DNA from: Monocercomonoides exilis PA203
Taxonomy: Eukaryota; Protista; Preaxostyla
Length of the DNA: 64,000 nucleotides
Direction: 5' to 3'
NCBI GenBank assembly: GCA_001643675.2
Contig: LSRY02000004.1
Coordinates: 124,001-188,000 of the forward strand
The notes under the pieces are model-generated. The model was not told the DNA's origin, did no database searches, and saw nothing but the letters and a program-made list of their open reading frames with translations. Shown here piece by piece: positions 19,972 through 34,900 of this stretch (position 1 is the stretch's first letter; each line of letters starts with the position of its first letter). Both the position numbers and the translations under genes were made by a program.

Positions 19972-22900
19972 CATCAGAATTATGTTTATGAAGGTCAACA
20001 ACCATATGAAACAAATTTGATTTTCACAAAAACCACAGAAAATTTTCAGTTTTCCCAGAACATATTAAATGAAAAACACATAATTAATAAAAATTGCAAT
20101 GAATACGATGAGAAAATTGAAGATACAAAAGTTTTTGCGACAAATATAATAGCAACTCAAAATCTAAAAACTGTAGAATTTATAACAATCAATTCAACGA
20201 TGCAAATGAAAAAATTACATCTGCTTATAAATTCTTACCAACAATTACTCAATTCTGATGCACTTTCAACAATTTTCTTTGATGGTTGTTCTGTGAGATA
20301 TCTTTTTGAGCTACAACAATCACCAATTTCAACTTCAGGAACAATAATCATACAAAATTTAACTTTTAATTTATGGAACACTAAACAGAGCATATCTCAA
20401 TCTCTTGTTGCTTTTCATGGTGCTGGAGAATTTGTTTTTTGCCAATCTTTACTCAATGAAATAAATTGCCAAAGTGGAACTTCATTTTTTGCAAGTGGCG
20501 AACTTTTCAGTTTCAATCTGAATTCTTTGGGACTTTCTAATTTTACTACAAATAATCATAATGATGCTTTTTTGATTGGAACATCAATAAAATTCAGAAA
20601 ATGGAATAGCCAAACGACAAAAATTGAGAATTGCCACATAACTTCAGTAGATAATCCATTGAATGGGGCTATAGCCCAACTCGATGAATTAAAAGATTCT
20701 ATCGTTTCTAATACAACATTTTCCAAATGCACGACTTCAACGTTTTCAAATTCTAAAAACACGAATTCAGAGGCAAAAGAGTGCACATTGAGTGATATTG
20801 AATTTTTGCAATGCCATTGCTCGGAAAATTCAACGGGTTTTGCTGTGACTAGTCGTCAGAAAGTCTTTGTCATTCGATGCAATATTGTCGGTCCCTTCTA
20901 CAAGAATTATCAAGACTGTTCAGCAAATTCCACTTTGCATTCTTCTTCTTCTTCCTCCTGTTCTTCAAACTATTTATATTCAAACTTATATTCTTTTTTA
21001 CTCTTTCAACTTCCTCAACGAGATTCCAAAATTGTGAATTGTACATTTTGGCCTTCGCAATTGGAATGCTGCAATAAGAACCAAAAACACTTTTTCCTTC
21101 TAACAATTCAATCTTCTGACGAAACATTTAACGTAAGAGATTGCACGTTTGACTTGAAGGAAATCAGTCAGCACCAGAGTAAAAGAAAATATAAGATCAT
21201 TTCACTTATCGGAAATTATGATACAACTGGCACTTTTTGTTTTTTTAATTGCAGTTTTAAGTTGAACTCTTCATTTTCTTTGAACGAAGTATCCAACAAT
21301 TTGTTATCTTCTGCTGCAATCAGCAGTGCATCTTCTTTTCATTTTCTCAAACGCTTCATCAATCTCGACAATTTTTGGATTTCTTCGCATATTATTTCTT
21401 CTTCAGTTAATTGTTCTGAGAACGCATTAGTTTTTCTCTCAGAGCTTATCTTGACACGTGAAGAGAATATTTCAGACATATTTAATTATCAGTTTTTATC
21501 TTCACATTCTTCTTCACTTAACTCAGCATCCACACAATCTGTAATCACTTCTTCATCTTCTTCGCAGCATCGTCCCCACGACATTGAAAATGCAAATGAT
21601 GCCATATTTGTCAGTGATAGCGGGGCAGATGCAAATGGCTGCGGCACAACTGAAAATCCATGCAAAACACTTGAAGGCGCTTTACAGAGCTGTGGCTCTC
21701 CAAGTAATGCCATCTCAATTGAGATACAAGGCACCTTTTCGATAACAACATTTGTAGTACTTGCAGTAAATGCCTCAAATATCGTTGCACCGCTTAAGGG
21801 AACAGAAGTGGCTGCTACAAAACCAGCAAGCGGGAGCAAAGATGCGCTTATTGAAGTTGTTATTGAAACATCAATGACAAATATTACTTTTGTTATCCCT
21901 GGAACAATATCTCCTCTAAAGTCATTTTTTGTGTGCAGTAACAGCACATTAACTCTGTCAAACTGTTCAATAAAGTCAAAGTCATCGGCTTCTCTGTATA
22001 ATCAAAATTCCGCAACAATCTCTAATTTTTTTGAACCTTTTCTGAGACTTACTGGCGGAAGTGCAGTGCTTCAGTCAATGGAACTCGAAAATATTTCGTA
22101 TAGTGCTTCTTCATTTATTGAAATATCCCATTCTTCTTCTTCTGCAAAACTAACACAAGTGACTTTTACGCAAATTGTAACTGCAGCTGATGATTGTGGA
22201 GTTATTTCTGTTCGCAATGGAGGATCTCTTGTTGTTGGGGTAAATTCTTTATTCAATGGAAATAGTAACAGCTTTGAACGACCTTATTTTTTAATCGAGG
22301 ATGCTTCTTATGTGAATATAAGTGATTCACACTTTTCAAAATTTACAACGACATTAACACCAATCATCAAATTTGTGCAAGCAAGAACTTTTTCAATAAA
22401 TAGTTCAGCATTTTCGGAAATTAGTTCCAATTCTGTGAATGGGTCTGTACTTTCTTGGATTGATGGGATCACTTCTAGCGAGTGCAGAATCAATAATTGT
22501 AGCTTTTTGCAGTGTTCAACAACTGGGGATCATACATTTGGTGGAGTGATATACGCAGCACTTTCCCCACAACTGCGACTCAATGTGGAAAGATCGATAT
22601 TTACAACTTGCAGCTCAAGAACGATGGCTGGCTGCATTTTCATTAAAGCAAAAAGTACGTCTTGCAGTTTTTTCATTTCTGGAAACACATATACAGAATG
22701 CACATCCACAATTGCAGGACGAATGGTCATTGATACGAGCAATCTGACAGAATTGCTTTATCAAAAAAATCTACTGAAAGATATTTCAACAGCAGACTAT
22801 GATAAAGAAGAAATTCGAAAAGCATTTTTGGGATATGAAAATGAAGACTACACTGTTCCAATTCCGTTATGCATTTTTATAATGGACAGAAACCAGAACG

Positions 22901-25900
22901 AGGTATATGTGAAAATGAAAGATGCATCTTCTACATCAAGAAAAGGTTATCTATCAGGTGGCCACAATTTCACTGGATGTGGCTTTCAAGATTTCCCTTG
23001 CGCCACTGTTAATTATGCAGCTTCAGTGAGCTTGCCTTCTTCGTCTGACTGTTTTATTTATTTGATGAAGGACTATGTTATAACTGACTCAATCTATTTA
23101 AACAAATCAGATGCAACACTCACTACAAGTCCATCAAATAGTCGGATAAACGTGTCATCAACAGTGAACGCAGAATCCACTTCTGGCCTTATCACAGCTG
23201 TTGTTACATGTAATGTGAAAAACATTGAATTCTTATTACCCTCCAAAATTGGCAATTTGGAAGCATTTTATAATCATAAGAATGCCTCATCAACATCTTT
23301 TATCTCTTCAACAACCTTTTCTTTTATGAATCCCTCCGAGAATCAGACTTTTGTGTTATTTAAGAGTTCTGAAGGATCTATCGTTTTGAAAAGTGTAAAA
23401 TTAGAAAATGTTGTATGGGGAGACAAAGCAGTTATTAGCGTTGAAGCATCAGCATCTTGTGAAATAAAAGATTGCGCATTTACAAATGTGCATACAACAA
23501 GTGTTCCTTTTATTCAGGTGGAAACATCTGGCAATCTTAAGCTATCAAGTACAACATTTTCATGCACGTCTTCAACTGAAACGTTTACGAAGGCATTCAT
23601 TTCATCAGAGACTTCTTCAACAATCCAATTTGAAGGTGGTTCCTTTTCATCAATTAAACTTTCGGGCACTTCTTTGATAGAATGTAAAAGCAGAAAACTT
23701 GAAGTTAACCGAACCAATTTTCAATCCATAACACAAACAAACCCTCAAGGAGCTTGCTTTCTTACAGATCAATCGCCGATCGAATTCTCTTTGAATGGCG
23801 TTTCGTTTGAATCATGCAAATCTGAAACGCAAAATGTTGAAGGAGGAGCTGTTCGAACAGTTCTCGATTCTCAATCATCTTTCATTTGCGCCAACACTTC
23901 AATCACTTCATGCGAGGCCTCACCTGACAATAACGGAAAAGGAGGAGGATTATTTCTGTATTTATCCGAAGCTGAAGCTTCGTTTTGCTTTTCTAATTCC
24001 ACCAACAATCCTTCTTTGTGGAGCAACAACAATGCTACGTATGGGAAAAACATTTTTATTTCATCACCAAATCTTAGCACATCATGCAAAACAACCAGCT
24101 TCGAGCAATTCGGGTCATATTCCAACTGGGATGCATTTGATGCAGAAGGATACGATGTAAGCAACTCACCAGCAATCCCTCTAAAATATTTTTACATTAA
24201 CCGTTCATTGCCCATATGTGTTAACGAAGCTAGAAATTGCGAAGATGTTTCATTCTGTGGTTACTTAGATTTACCCTGTAGAACAATCAATTATGCATTT
24301 GAGAGGGTATCAACCTTGGGAGAATATAACATTTCCATCATTGAAAAAGTTATACAATGCGAGCTTTTTAACCTTTCAACCCACTCTTTAACAATTACAA
24401 CCTCATCAAGCCAGTCAATGGTAGAAATCAGTCCAACAACCACAGGACCCGAATCAATGTTTATTTCTCGACAAGATTTTTCTTGGTACAATGCAGTATT
24501 TAATGTTACTTCTTATCAATCTCTGAAAATGATATTTTCTTCAAAAGAAAATATCCTTAAATTTGTATCGTGCTCTCAGCGTGTTGAAAGTACAACTAGT
24601 GGATGCCGTATTTCGTTTGCCGTAGTGGACGGAGGCTCACTTATTATGCAATCATTTACGGTTTCCTCTTCACATCCAGAGTCTACTGCTCCATTTTTTG
24701 AAAGCACTCCATTTGTTGCTACATATTCAGGCTCACTTGAGATTGAAGAGTCCACCTTCAAAAATAGATCATCTTCTAATTCTCCTTTTATCTTAGCGAG
24801 TGGAAGCACCGCTACCTTAATACTTAAAAAAGTTATATTCCACAACTTTAACTCAATTGATACTCTTCTCGTATCTGCTTCTTCGGCATCTTCACTTTCT
24901 TTATCAAATGTCTCATTTTTAAACATCAAAACAAGCAACAGTTGTTTGATCGAAGTCACTTCAACTACATTCACTTGTAACGGAGACTCTTATTTCGATC
25001 AAATACAATCAACAAACGGAAATGGAACATGCATTAAAGCGAGCGTTACTTCACAGGATATTATTCTTAATAATTCTACTTTTTCAAATTCAGCAGCAGG
25101 TGGAAGCAAGTCATGCGGTGGAGCATTACATCTCACTTTCTCCAACGAAGGAAGTACAACATTGTCATCAAATTCATTCTTTACCAATTCAGCCAGCGAT
25201 TCAGATGGATTTGGTGGTGCTATTTACATGCGCGCATTAAACTCTGATTGCCGCATTGATATACAGACACAAATTGAATCAGGGAATCATGCATTTCGAG
25301 GATCTTTCATTTTTCTCGAAGGAATAAATCTAACTGAATTACTGTATCAGAAAAATAGGTTCTCAATTATTCCTCAATCAAACTACGAAAACAAAAGTAC
25401 ATGGACTCAATATTTGAGCGGAGAAAATGGCGATCAAATTAATCAAGTTCCTATTGTTGCATATTTGATGATTCGAAATGGAAGCGAAGCTTTCGTCGAC
25501 GGCCCAGATTCAGAAGGTTCAATAGAAAATGGTTATGTTTCTGGGGGATATGATTTCACAGCATGCGGCTTCTTAGACTTTCCTTGTGCAACAATTGCAG
25601 CAGCAATTAGCAACAGACTTCATGAAGTTAGTGGATGCAAAATTAATCTATTGTGTCACTTTGTGATTGATCAAAACTATTTGTTAAAAGACCCATTAGC
25701 AATACTTACATCTTCTCCTGCTAACACTCAAATAAACATTTCATCAAATGCAGCTTTTCAGGCAGATGCAACAGCTCTTTTTACCGCTACGACAACAGTT
25801 ATTGTTGAGAAAATAGATTTTCTTCTACCGTCTCAATTTTCATCAACATCTGCCGAAGCCTTTTATCTTCAAGACTCTTCTTCGACTCTTTCAACGTTAC

Positions 25901-28900
25901 GTTATCTGACAATTATGAAAGATGATTCAGTTTCATCTTTTAGCTATTCGCTTGCTAAGAGCGTGAATGGGCAGCTTCTTCTAGTAGAAATAAAGATCAG
26001 CAAAGTATCTTGGAAAAATCAACCAATGATTGACGCTAAAAAGGATGGTACCGTCATAGTTGTAAAATCAACTTTCGATTCTGTGAAAGGAGAAAACGTG
26101 GAATTAATTACTTCGCGAATGGGCGGAAGAATCGAAATTGAAAATTGCAAGTTTGGATCAACAAGTTCTGAAGTGATGACATCGATAAATCCTCTCATTT
26201 CAGTTACATCAACAGACACACAGTTTTCATCTGCAACAATTTCATCGAACTTTACCAAAATTTCTACGTCAAATCCTCTAATCATCATTTCTCAAAGATC
26301 TGAAATGACTTTAGAGAGCTCTTTCTTTCATGCAATATCATGCACCACGCACGATGTTTCATGCATAAATGTGAATAGCGAAAAAGCTCATGTAAGATTA
26401 ATGAAGAACGAGTTTCATAGTTGTGAGAATCAAGTGGCATCAGCAAAAGGTGGAGCAATACACGCAGTTCTCACATCCAATGCAAGTCTGACCATAACTA
26501 ATTGTGTTCTGGACGGATGCATCGCATGCCCAACAAATCTTGGCAAAGGTGGAGGGATATATTTAGCGCTAACATCATCAGAAAATAAGTATTCAATTGA
26601 AAACAAAACCGATGGAAGCATCCTTTGGAGTAACAATAATGCAGCAATGGGAAAGGACATATTCATTTCAGGGTCAAATTTATCAGGTCATCTGACACAA
26701 GCAGCTTTTCCTGGATTTTCCCCAGCTGCTTGGGATGAAGACTGTGGTCAAGGTTATAGTCTGCCAGATGAGGATCATCCGATTCCTCTTAAATACTATT
26801 TTTCAGAGATGAGTGACACTGTTTACATTTCAAACAGCGGAATAGACGCTAATGCATGTGGGCACATTGGTTATCCTTGCCGTACTTTTGAATACGCCAT
26901 GACCATCAAATTATTTGCTGGCAATGCTGATGTAACTGTATTGAATAGCTTAGATAAACAAAGCAAGATCGAAATTACTCAGTCATTTATCTTTTCTGGT
27001 AATTTGGGGGAAGGAAATATCGATGTGAATTTTGGGAGCGGAACGAATGATAATGCTGTTTTTGTTATCAAAGTTAATGGAACAATAAGAGATATCGTAT
27101 TCACTGCAACACATCCACCTGCTTCGTTGACAACTATTTTCTCTATCGAATCTAGCTATTTTACAATGGAGTCATGCAAACTTCAGCCAAAGTCTGCTTC
27201 TGACTCATTTTCATTCTGCTTTTTGACGAGCAATTCAGATTGTGATGTTAAAATATCTCAATTCACAATAAATGGGACAGTTAGGAAAAGCGCTATTCCA
27301 ATTGTCAATGGAGCTTCCTTGTTTAAGGCATCTGCTTCGTCAACTATAACTTTTGAAACTTGTTCGTTTCACTCGAGAGCATCAAGTGGAGCTTCTCTGA
27401 TTTATGGGGTTGATTCTTCTGTATTGAACTGCATAGGATGTGAGTTTAAAGAAATGGATGAAGTGAATAACAGCTTATTGGAATGCTTATCTAGCTCTTC
27501 ATTGAATGTTACTTCAACCGATATGACTAACATTACATTAAATAACGCGTCATGTATTAAATGCAATGATCCAATTTTGTTCACGATCAAACAATCATCA
27601 TTCTCTCACATAACACGTAGAATATCTGATGGATCTTGTATAAGTACTTTAAGCGAGTCAGGCAAAACTGTAATTGATGATTGCACTTTCAAAAATTGTT
27701 CAGTGAACTCTGACAAGTCTGGAGGCGGAGCTATTAATGGTCTGCTGAGAGGAAACGAAGCTGAGGCGATGTGGACACTTTCTCAGAGTAATTTCTCAAA
27801 TTGTGCTGCTCCAGTTTCATCAACACGCACCTCAAATGCTGCATCTGGAGGAAAAGGAGGAGGTGTATATCTTTACCTTTATTCACCGGAAGCTAATTTC
27901 ATGATTAAGAATTCGTCAACGAATGCTTTGTGGAACAATAACAAAGCCGAGTTTGGAAAGAACATTTTTATTTCATCTCCAAATCTTAATGAGTCAATAA
28001 CCCTTGAACAGTTTCCTGGTTTTAATGTAGAATCTACAGCTGCGAAAGAGCATTACGGATTTAATGAACACGATACTGATCAATTAATTCCATTGAACAT
28101 ATATTTTGTTCCTTCTTCGGATATCATATATGTAACTTCAGATCCAAATTCTTCAGATTCTCAATTTTGCGGTCCAGAAGCATTTCCTTGTTCCACATTG
28201 AATCACGCTGTTACTGTGAAGGAAGTTTTGAACAAAAAAGTGAGCATTATTTCAACTCTTAATCTGACAAATCTGCTTCGTGTAACTGGAATGACACTAA
28301 CAATGAATGGAGCTTATCCGGACTCTATTTTAAATATCCGGTTTTTAAATGAAGGGATTCTATTTGCATTTCAAATACAAAATTACACCCAATTATCATC
28401 AATTCAAATTACAGTTTCATCGGTTCCAACATCAATGTCTTCGATATTTTGTGTAAAAGATAGCATATTTGCTATGAACGAAATTAAACTTGCCCCAAAT
28501 GGCCCATCCACACCATTTTTATGCTCGATAGTTTCATCGCTTGGTGGTAAAGCAGATTTGTCAAAAATAAGTTTAACAACAGAATACTCTTCGACATCGT
28601 ATCCAATTACAACAAAGATGCCACTTTTTCATGCAGGAGACGGTGACTTAACAATTTCATCATTAAAATTTGCTTTTAGAAAACCGTCTTTAGAGCCACT
28701 GATTGCAATTAATGGAAGTGGCACACTAACAGTTCAGAACAGCACTTTTGTTAACTTCACACAAGTAGATACTTCCATCATATTCATCGATGAACAATCC
28801 AGTGCTTTCATCTATGATTGTTCGTTTGAAAATATTTCTCTTGTTAATTCTCCTCTCATTGTCTGCCAAACAGCTGTAAAGCTGTCGGTGTTTTCCTCAA

Positions 28901-31900
28901 AATTCAAATCCATTGAAAGATCTCAAGGAGATGGCTCTTCGTTACATATCACTGGGATTTCAGGAACGTTTCTCATTGAAAATTCATCATTTGCATTTTG
29001 CAAGGTATCAGAAACGAACCATAGCGGAGGAGCAATCTATGCTGTTTTGGGAAATACAGTTGATTTTAGGATAACACGCTGTAATTTTGATCAGTGCTCA
29101 GCTCCCGCAACAACAGATTATTTAAAGCCAGATCCAATAACAAACAGTTCTTTCTCACGTACGAGAGAAGGGAAAGGAGGGGGAGTATATCTTTATTTAA
29201 ACAATGCTTCAGCATTCTTTCAGATTGATGTTCAGTCGGATCTGTGGAACCAAAACAATGCTGATTATGGGAAGAATTTATTTATTTCATCTCCAAATCT
29301 TTCACTCTCTGTATCCAGAATTCAACTTGTTAGGTTTGATGATTCAGATTGGTGGCATGAAGAAATGATGGGATATCACTTACACAACACCAGCCTTCCT
29401 GTTCCTCTAGGATACTTTCTGATGACAACTCCATCAATACATGTTTCAGATGATGGAACAGATTCAATTGCCTGTGGGTTTAGCAATTACACCTGCCGTA
29501 CATTTGATTATGCTATTTCACGATCGATTGCAGCCCTAGGAAAGGTTTCAATAACAATCAATTCTGGATTGAATATCTCAAAGCATCAACAAATAAAATC
29601 TGTTTACAATTCATTTGAGCTTCTGCCCGAATTTGCAAACAGGCGGTCATTGATTGCTATCAACTGTATTACTGATGCGACCTCTTCATTTTCCATAAAC
29701 GCTTTTTCAATGATTAATTCAATAGCATTTGTACTTCCCTCAACTTCAACTGAAGCTGGAACTCTAACTTCTGCTATATTTCTTGAGAACTCAACTCTAA
29801 CCATTTCTTCTTGCATGATTTGTCCAAAATCAAGTTTAGCCCCGGTTGAAATATCTTTCGTTCATGTAGCCAATGGAGAAGCAATTGTGTCAAACCTCAT
29901 TTTATCATCCTCAGCCCCTTCTCCACTTTCAATGGCTTCAATTCGAGAAAATGAACTTGATATTTCATTTTCTTCATCCGTATTAAGTAATACAAAGAAC
30001 ATTCATCTCACCAAAAATTATTCACAACTTTATCAGACTTTAACGATGAGTAAATCATTTAAAGCTCAGAACGAAGCGCCTTTTCGTCTTGGGAAAACTT
30101 CACTGATTGTTGTTAACGATAGCGGAACTCTTCAAATTGAGTTTTGTAACTTCGAAAATATCACAGAGACTGAAGGATGTCTTATTTTTGTACAAAGCGG
30201 TAAAAGGGTAGATATTAATCAGTGCACTTTTTCAAACATCGAAAAATCCAATGGCAATGGAAGCTGCATAATGGTTGACAGTACCACTGCTCGTGTTACT
30301 GTTGATAGTTGCACATTCAATTCTTGCGAAGTTAATGCTCCTTCAAGCTGTGGAGGAGTGATCTGGGCATCACTACGAACAGTTTCATCTTTAATTTTCA
30401 GAGATTCTCGAATGCAGAGCTGCAATGCGCCGACTGACAGCGAAGGAAAAGGAGGAGGTATTTTTCTGAATTTGGGTGCAGGGACACCTTCTTTTACGCT
30501 TGTCAACCTTTCTTCCAACCCATTATGGACCGATAACAATGCATCCTTTGGAAGAAATGTTTTTGTTGTTTCGCTGAATTTAACAAAGGATATTACATCA
30601 AGAAGATTTAGTGGCTTTACTCCTAGCAATTGGATTGATGAGGATATTGAAGGATGCGAAACAACAAAGCTTCAGTCAATAATTTCACTAAAGTATTTTT
30701 TGATGAATCTTCCAGAAAATGTGTTTGTCGCAGACTCAGGCACAGACTTTGACCTATGTGGATTTGAATCATTACCGTGCAAATCACTTTCTTTTTCAAT
30801 AGTAAGGCAAACAGCAGCGATTCACAGAATAATAATTATCAATTCATTAACACAAAATGAAACAATTAAATTCACAGACTTTTCGTATACTATTCAGTCG
30901 AATAACACTGATGAATTAAGCAAGTTTCATATTGTTACAAATATAATCCAACAATATCTGATTACTGTGAAGACCGATGTTATTTTTCAAGCACTGACAT
31001 TTTGCACCATTGCTCCTTCATCAAATATTCTTACAGGGTTTTATGTGGAAGCTGGTGCACTACTTATTGCAGATTCCCTCATTCAGCCGTTAGATTCATC
31101 AACTCCGTTGAAATACTCTTTTGTGACTATTTTTGACGGAACTGTGAAAATTAGCAACTTAACTCTTACAACGAATAACAAAATGGCCACGGGATTTAAT
31201 TTATTCGAATCTCTTCCAATGCTTGCAGCAATTGGATCAGGTTCTTTGATTTTGGATAACATGAGAATGCATTCAAGAAGTTGCAGCCAATCATTTATTC
31301 ATGTTCAAAACTCCCAAAAAACTATATTACAAAGATGCATTTTTGAAGAGATGAAAGATATCCAATGTCAACTAATATCAGTTATGGGAGGTTCAGAATT
31401 AATTGTGAAAGAAACTACATTTAAAGATCTGAAATTTAATTTCCATTCAATATTTTGGTGTGCGTCTTCGTCATCAATAAATATATCATTATGTAAATTT
31501 GAGAATATTTGTAATAATGTAACTTGTGGAAGTTGCTTCTTTGGGATTATAAATGAAAATTTGCTGAACTTTGTTAATAACACTTTCAGCGAGTGCCAAG
31601 TGAAAGGATCTCAAAGTCAAGGAGGTGCATTCTATATCGAAAATTGTATATCAAATGGAAATATTGTATTCAAAGAATGTAGATTTTTGAAATGCTCTGC
31701 TTCACCTCTTGATGGAGGCAGAGGTGGTGCAATCTATATAAACACAACTTCAAACACCGACATTTCTTTTACAAATACATCTTCTCAAGAAATCTGGAAA
31801 GAGAATGATGCATCTGCAGGAAGAGATTTCTTCATTTTCTGCTTAAACTTTCAAACGTTTGTTGGCGCCTTTCATTTAAATGGTTTTGCTCCTTCTTCTT

Positions 31901-34900
31901 GGGATACGCAGTGCTTTGTTGGAATTGAACAAAGTGAAATTGATGCACTTGTACCATTGAAGTACCTGTTTTTCCAGTTGACATCCACCGTATTTGCCGA
32001 TACACTTGGACAAGACAACATTGTCTGCGGGTTTGACAGTTTTCCGTGTAAAACCTTAAGCTCTGCTGTGAGTCGTGCTTCTTCGACAAGCATTAATAAG
32101 ATAACTCTCATTGGAGCATATATGCATGCAACATCTCTGAGAGAAGCGAACATCACATTCTCAGTTATTCCACAAGCCACACCAGCAACTCTTACAGTTG
32201 ACACACCACAAATTTCTAACTCTGCATTTATTATAACATCAGATGTGTCTTTTAACAACTTTAAGATTATTATTAAATCGAACACTTTCTCTTTCTCACT
32301 CTTCAGTGTTGCTTCGTTATCTCTTACGCTGGAAAATTGCTCACTTCAACCATTCAATTCGACCGCATCATTTAACTTTTCCTTAATATCATTGACTGGA
32401 GGCCGTCTTATTCTTAACTCATTTTCTATTGAAGGTCAGCCAAACCCATCTACACATACACTTTTTGCCAATGCAGCGATGATAAATGCGGGTGGTTCGT
32501 CTTCAGTTTATCTGAACAAATGTACACTTCATTCACGCGGCTCACAGGGAAATCAAGGACTTATCCATATGTCAAACTCTTCTTCACTAACATTATCTGA
32601 AACAAACTTTCACAACTTCACAAACTTGGAAGATCCTCTTTTGCAAATTGTCGATCAATCTTCACTTTCCTCAACATCGAGAGTAGTTTTCAAAGATATT
32701 GTTTCTTCAAATAAGCCTCAAATTTATCTTGAAGATGGAGCAACTGCTATCCTTGCTTTTCTCCAGTTTTCTAATTTGAGTCAATCGGCTTCTGCTATAC
32801 AACTGTCAAATGCTCATCAACTAATCTTGGAAAATTGCTCTTTTAACAGAATTCAAAAATTAAATGGCCATGGAGCTTGTATTCTGAGTGAAGAAAGCAT
32901 GGATGTAACAATTAAAAACAACACTTTTGAAAGTACATCTTTAACATCCAATTCACTTTCAAAAGGAGGAGCAATCTTTGTTGAAGTTTCAAGAGATAAT
33001 GGTCGTTGCACAATTTATAATTCGATCATCAGATCGTGCTCTGCTTCACCACTCTATCAAGGGCGTGGAGGTGGAGTTTGCCTTCTTCTATCATCACTAC
33101 TAGGAGGTTACAGCTTCGTTAACAAGACATCATCTCCACTCTTTTCTTCAAATACAGCAGCTTTTGGAAACAATCTTTATATTGAATCTCCAAATTTAAA
33201 AGATTCAATTAAAATTTCTTGCTTTGAAGGATTTAGTGTTGGATCTGATTGGAACGATAATGATGCTCATGGATCCACAAACTCAGATTCTGCACAAAGC
33301 TTTCCACTACGGTATTATTTTATGACTCTTGGGCCAAAAATTTACGTTTCAACCAGTGGAGCTGATGGTGATGTCTGCGGATTCTCCATCATGCCATGCA
33401 AGACTATTCAACAAGCAATACAAAGACAAAGTATTCAACATTGTGATGTGATGGCACTTTCATCTGTTTCTATTGACAGTACATTAAATATAACTACATG
33501 CAATTTAACTCTTCACCCGGATACAGTAGAAACCACTCTGTTTGTTAATTGCACACACGGAACTAACACTTTCCTTGTTCTTGTTGCTTCACAATTGAGT
33601 ATTTTGAATTACACTTTCGATCTTTTATCGATTATTCCTCAAATGAAGTCTGTTTTCCTTGTAAATTCTGGGAATACTTCATTTCACGATTGCAAACTTT
33701 GCTTATCAACCGCTGCATATGTAAAGTGTGCATTTATCTCTGCAAGTGGCGGAGAAATTACACTTATGCAGTTTGCTTTCAAATATGCATCATATTCGAA
33801 TACTGCCAGATTTCAAGATTGTGGCTTAATTGATTTGACAGGAACTGCGTCTTTGTCTTTTATTGGTTGCGAATTATCGCGTCATTATTCATCTGGATCA
33901 CCTCTAATTGACATTTTAAACGAAGCCTCTGTGACATTTTCTGGAACTAACTTTTCTCTCATGGAAAATGTGGCTGCACCTCTGATTTCTGCCTCAAATT
34001 CTGGAAGAATCACCATATTGAATCAGTCCTCTTTCATTAAAATCTCAACAAGTAGTTCTATTTCGTTACTATCGATTCAAGATTCTGCTATCCTTCGAAT
34101 AAGCGGAGATTGCAGAATGGAACAACTTAATCTCAAAGCTCCTGCAATTACTTCAATTCATTCGTCAAGCTGTTCATTAACTCATACAACATTTGTGCAG
34201 GCAACATTGAATGATAATTCACTAATACTATCACAGAGTACGAGTGATATTTCTGTTCAAAGTTCTTCCTTTGAAACAGTTACTCGAGCTGTTGGTGATG
34301 GTTCATGCATTGTTGCTGAATTATCTCAAGGTTTGTGTACTATTGAATCCACAAACTTCTCTCGATGTAATGTGATTAAAGAAGGGGCAGGTGGTGGAGC
34401 AATTTACACTGAGCTCGCAACTCCTGCATCATTTATTGTTCAACAGTGTTCATTTTCTTTATGTACGGCACCTGTTATATCTGATAAATCACAAATCTCA
34501 AAAGGAGGAAAAGGTGGATGCATTTTCATCTCATTAATTGATCCGTCTGTCACGTGGCAGCTTGTGAACACTTCCCTTTCGAAGTATCTGAATAATGATG
34601 CAACATTTGGAAAAATATTGTTTGTACAGTCAACAAATTTATCGAAAACAATTGTGAGGAATCGATTTTCTGGTTTTGACTCACCAGATAGCTGGGATGA
34701 TCTCTGGTACGAAGGATCGGAACTACCAAATCTCTCTGCTTCTTTGCCATTGAAATACTTCTTCTCCGAGATTGAGGGTGCAATATATGTTGACGATGGT
34801 GGAGCAGATTTACAAGTTTGTGGAGACATAAATTATCCCTGCAAAACTTTGAAACACGCATTTACGAGACAAAACAATCTCTCAAGAGCGGCTAAAATTC

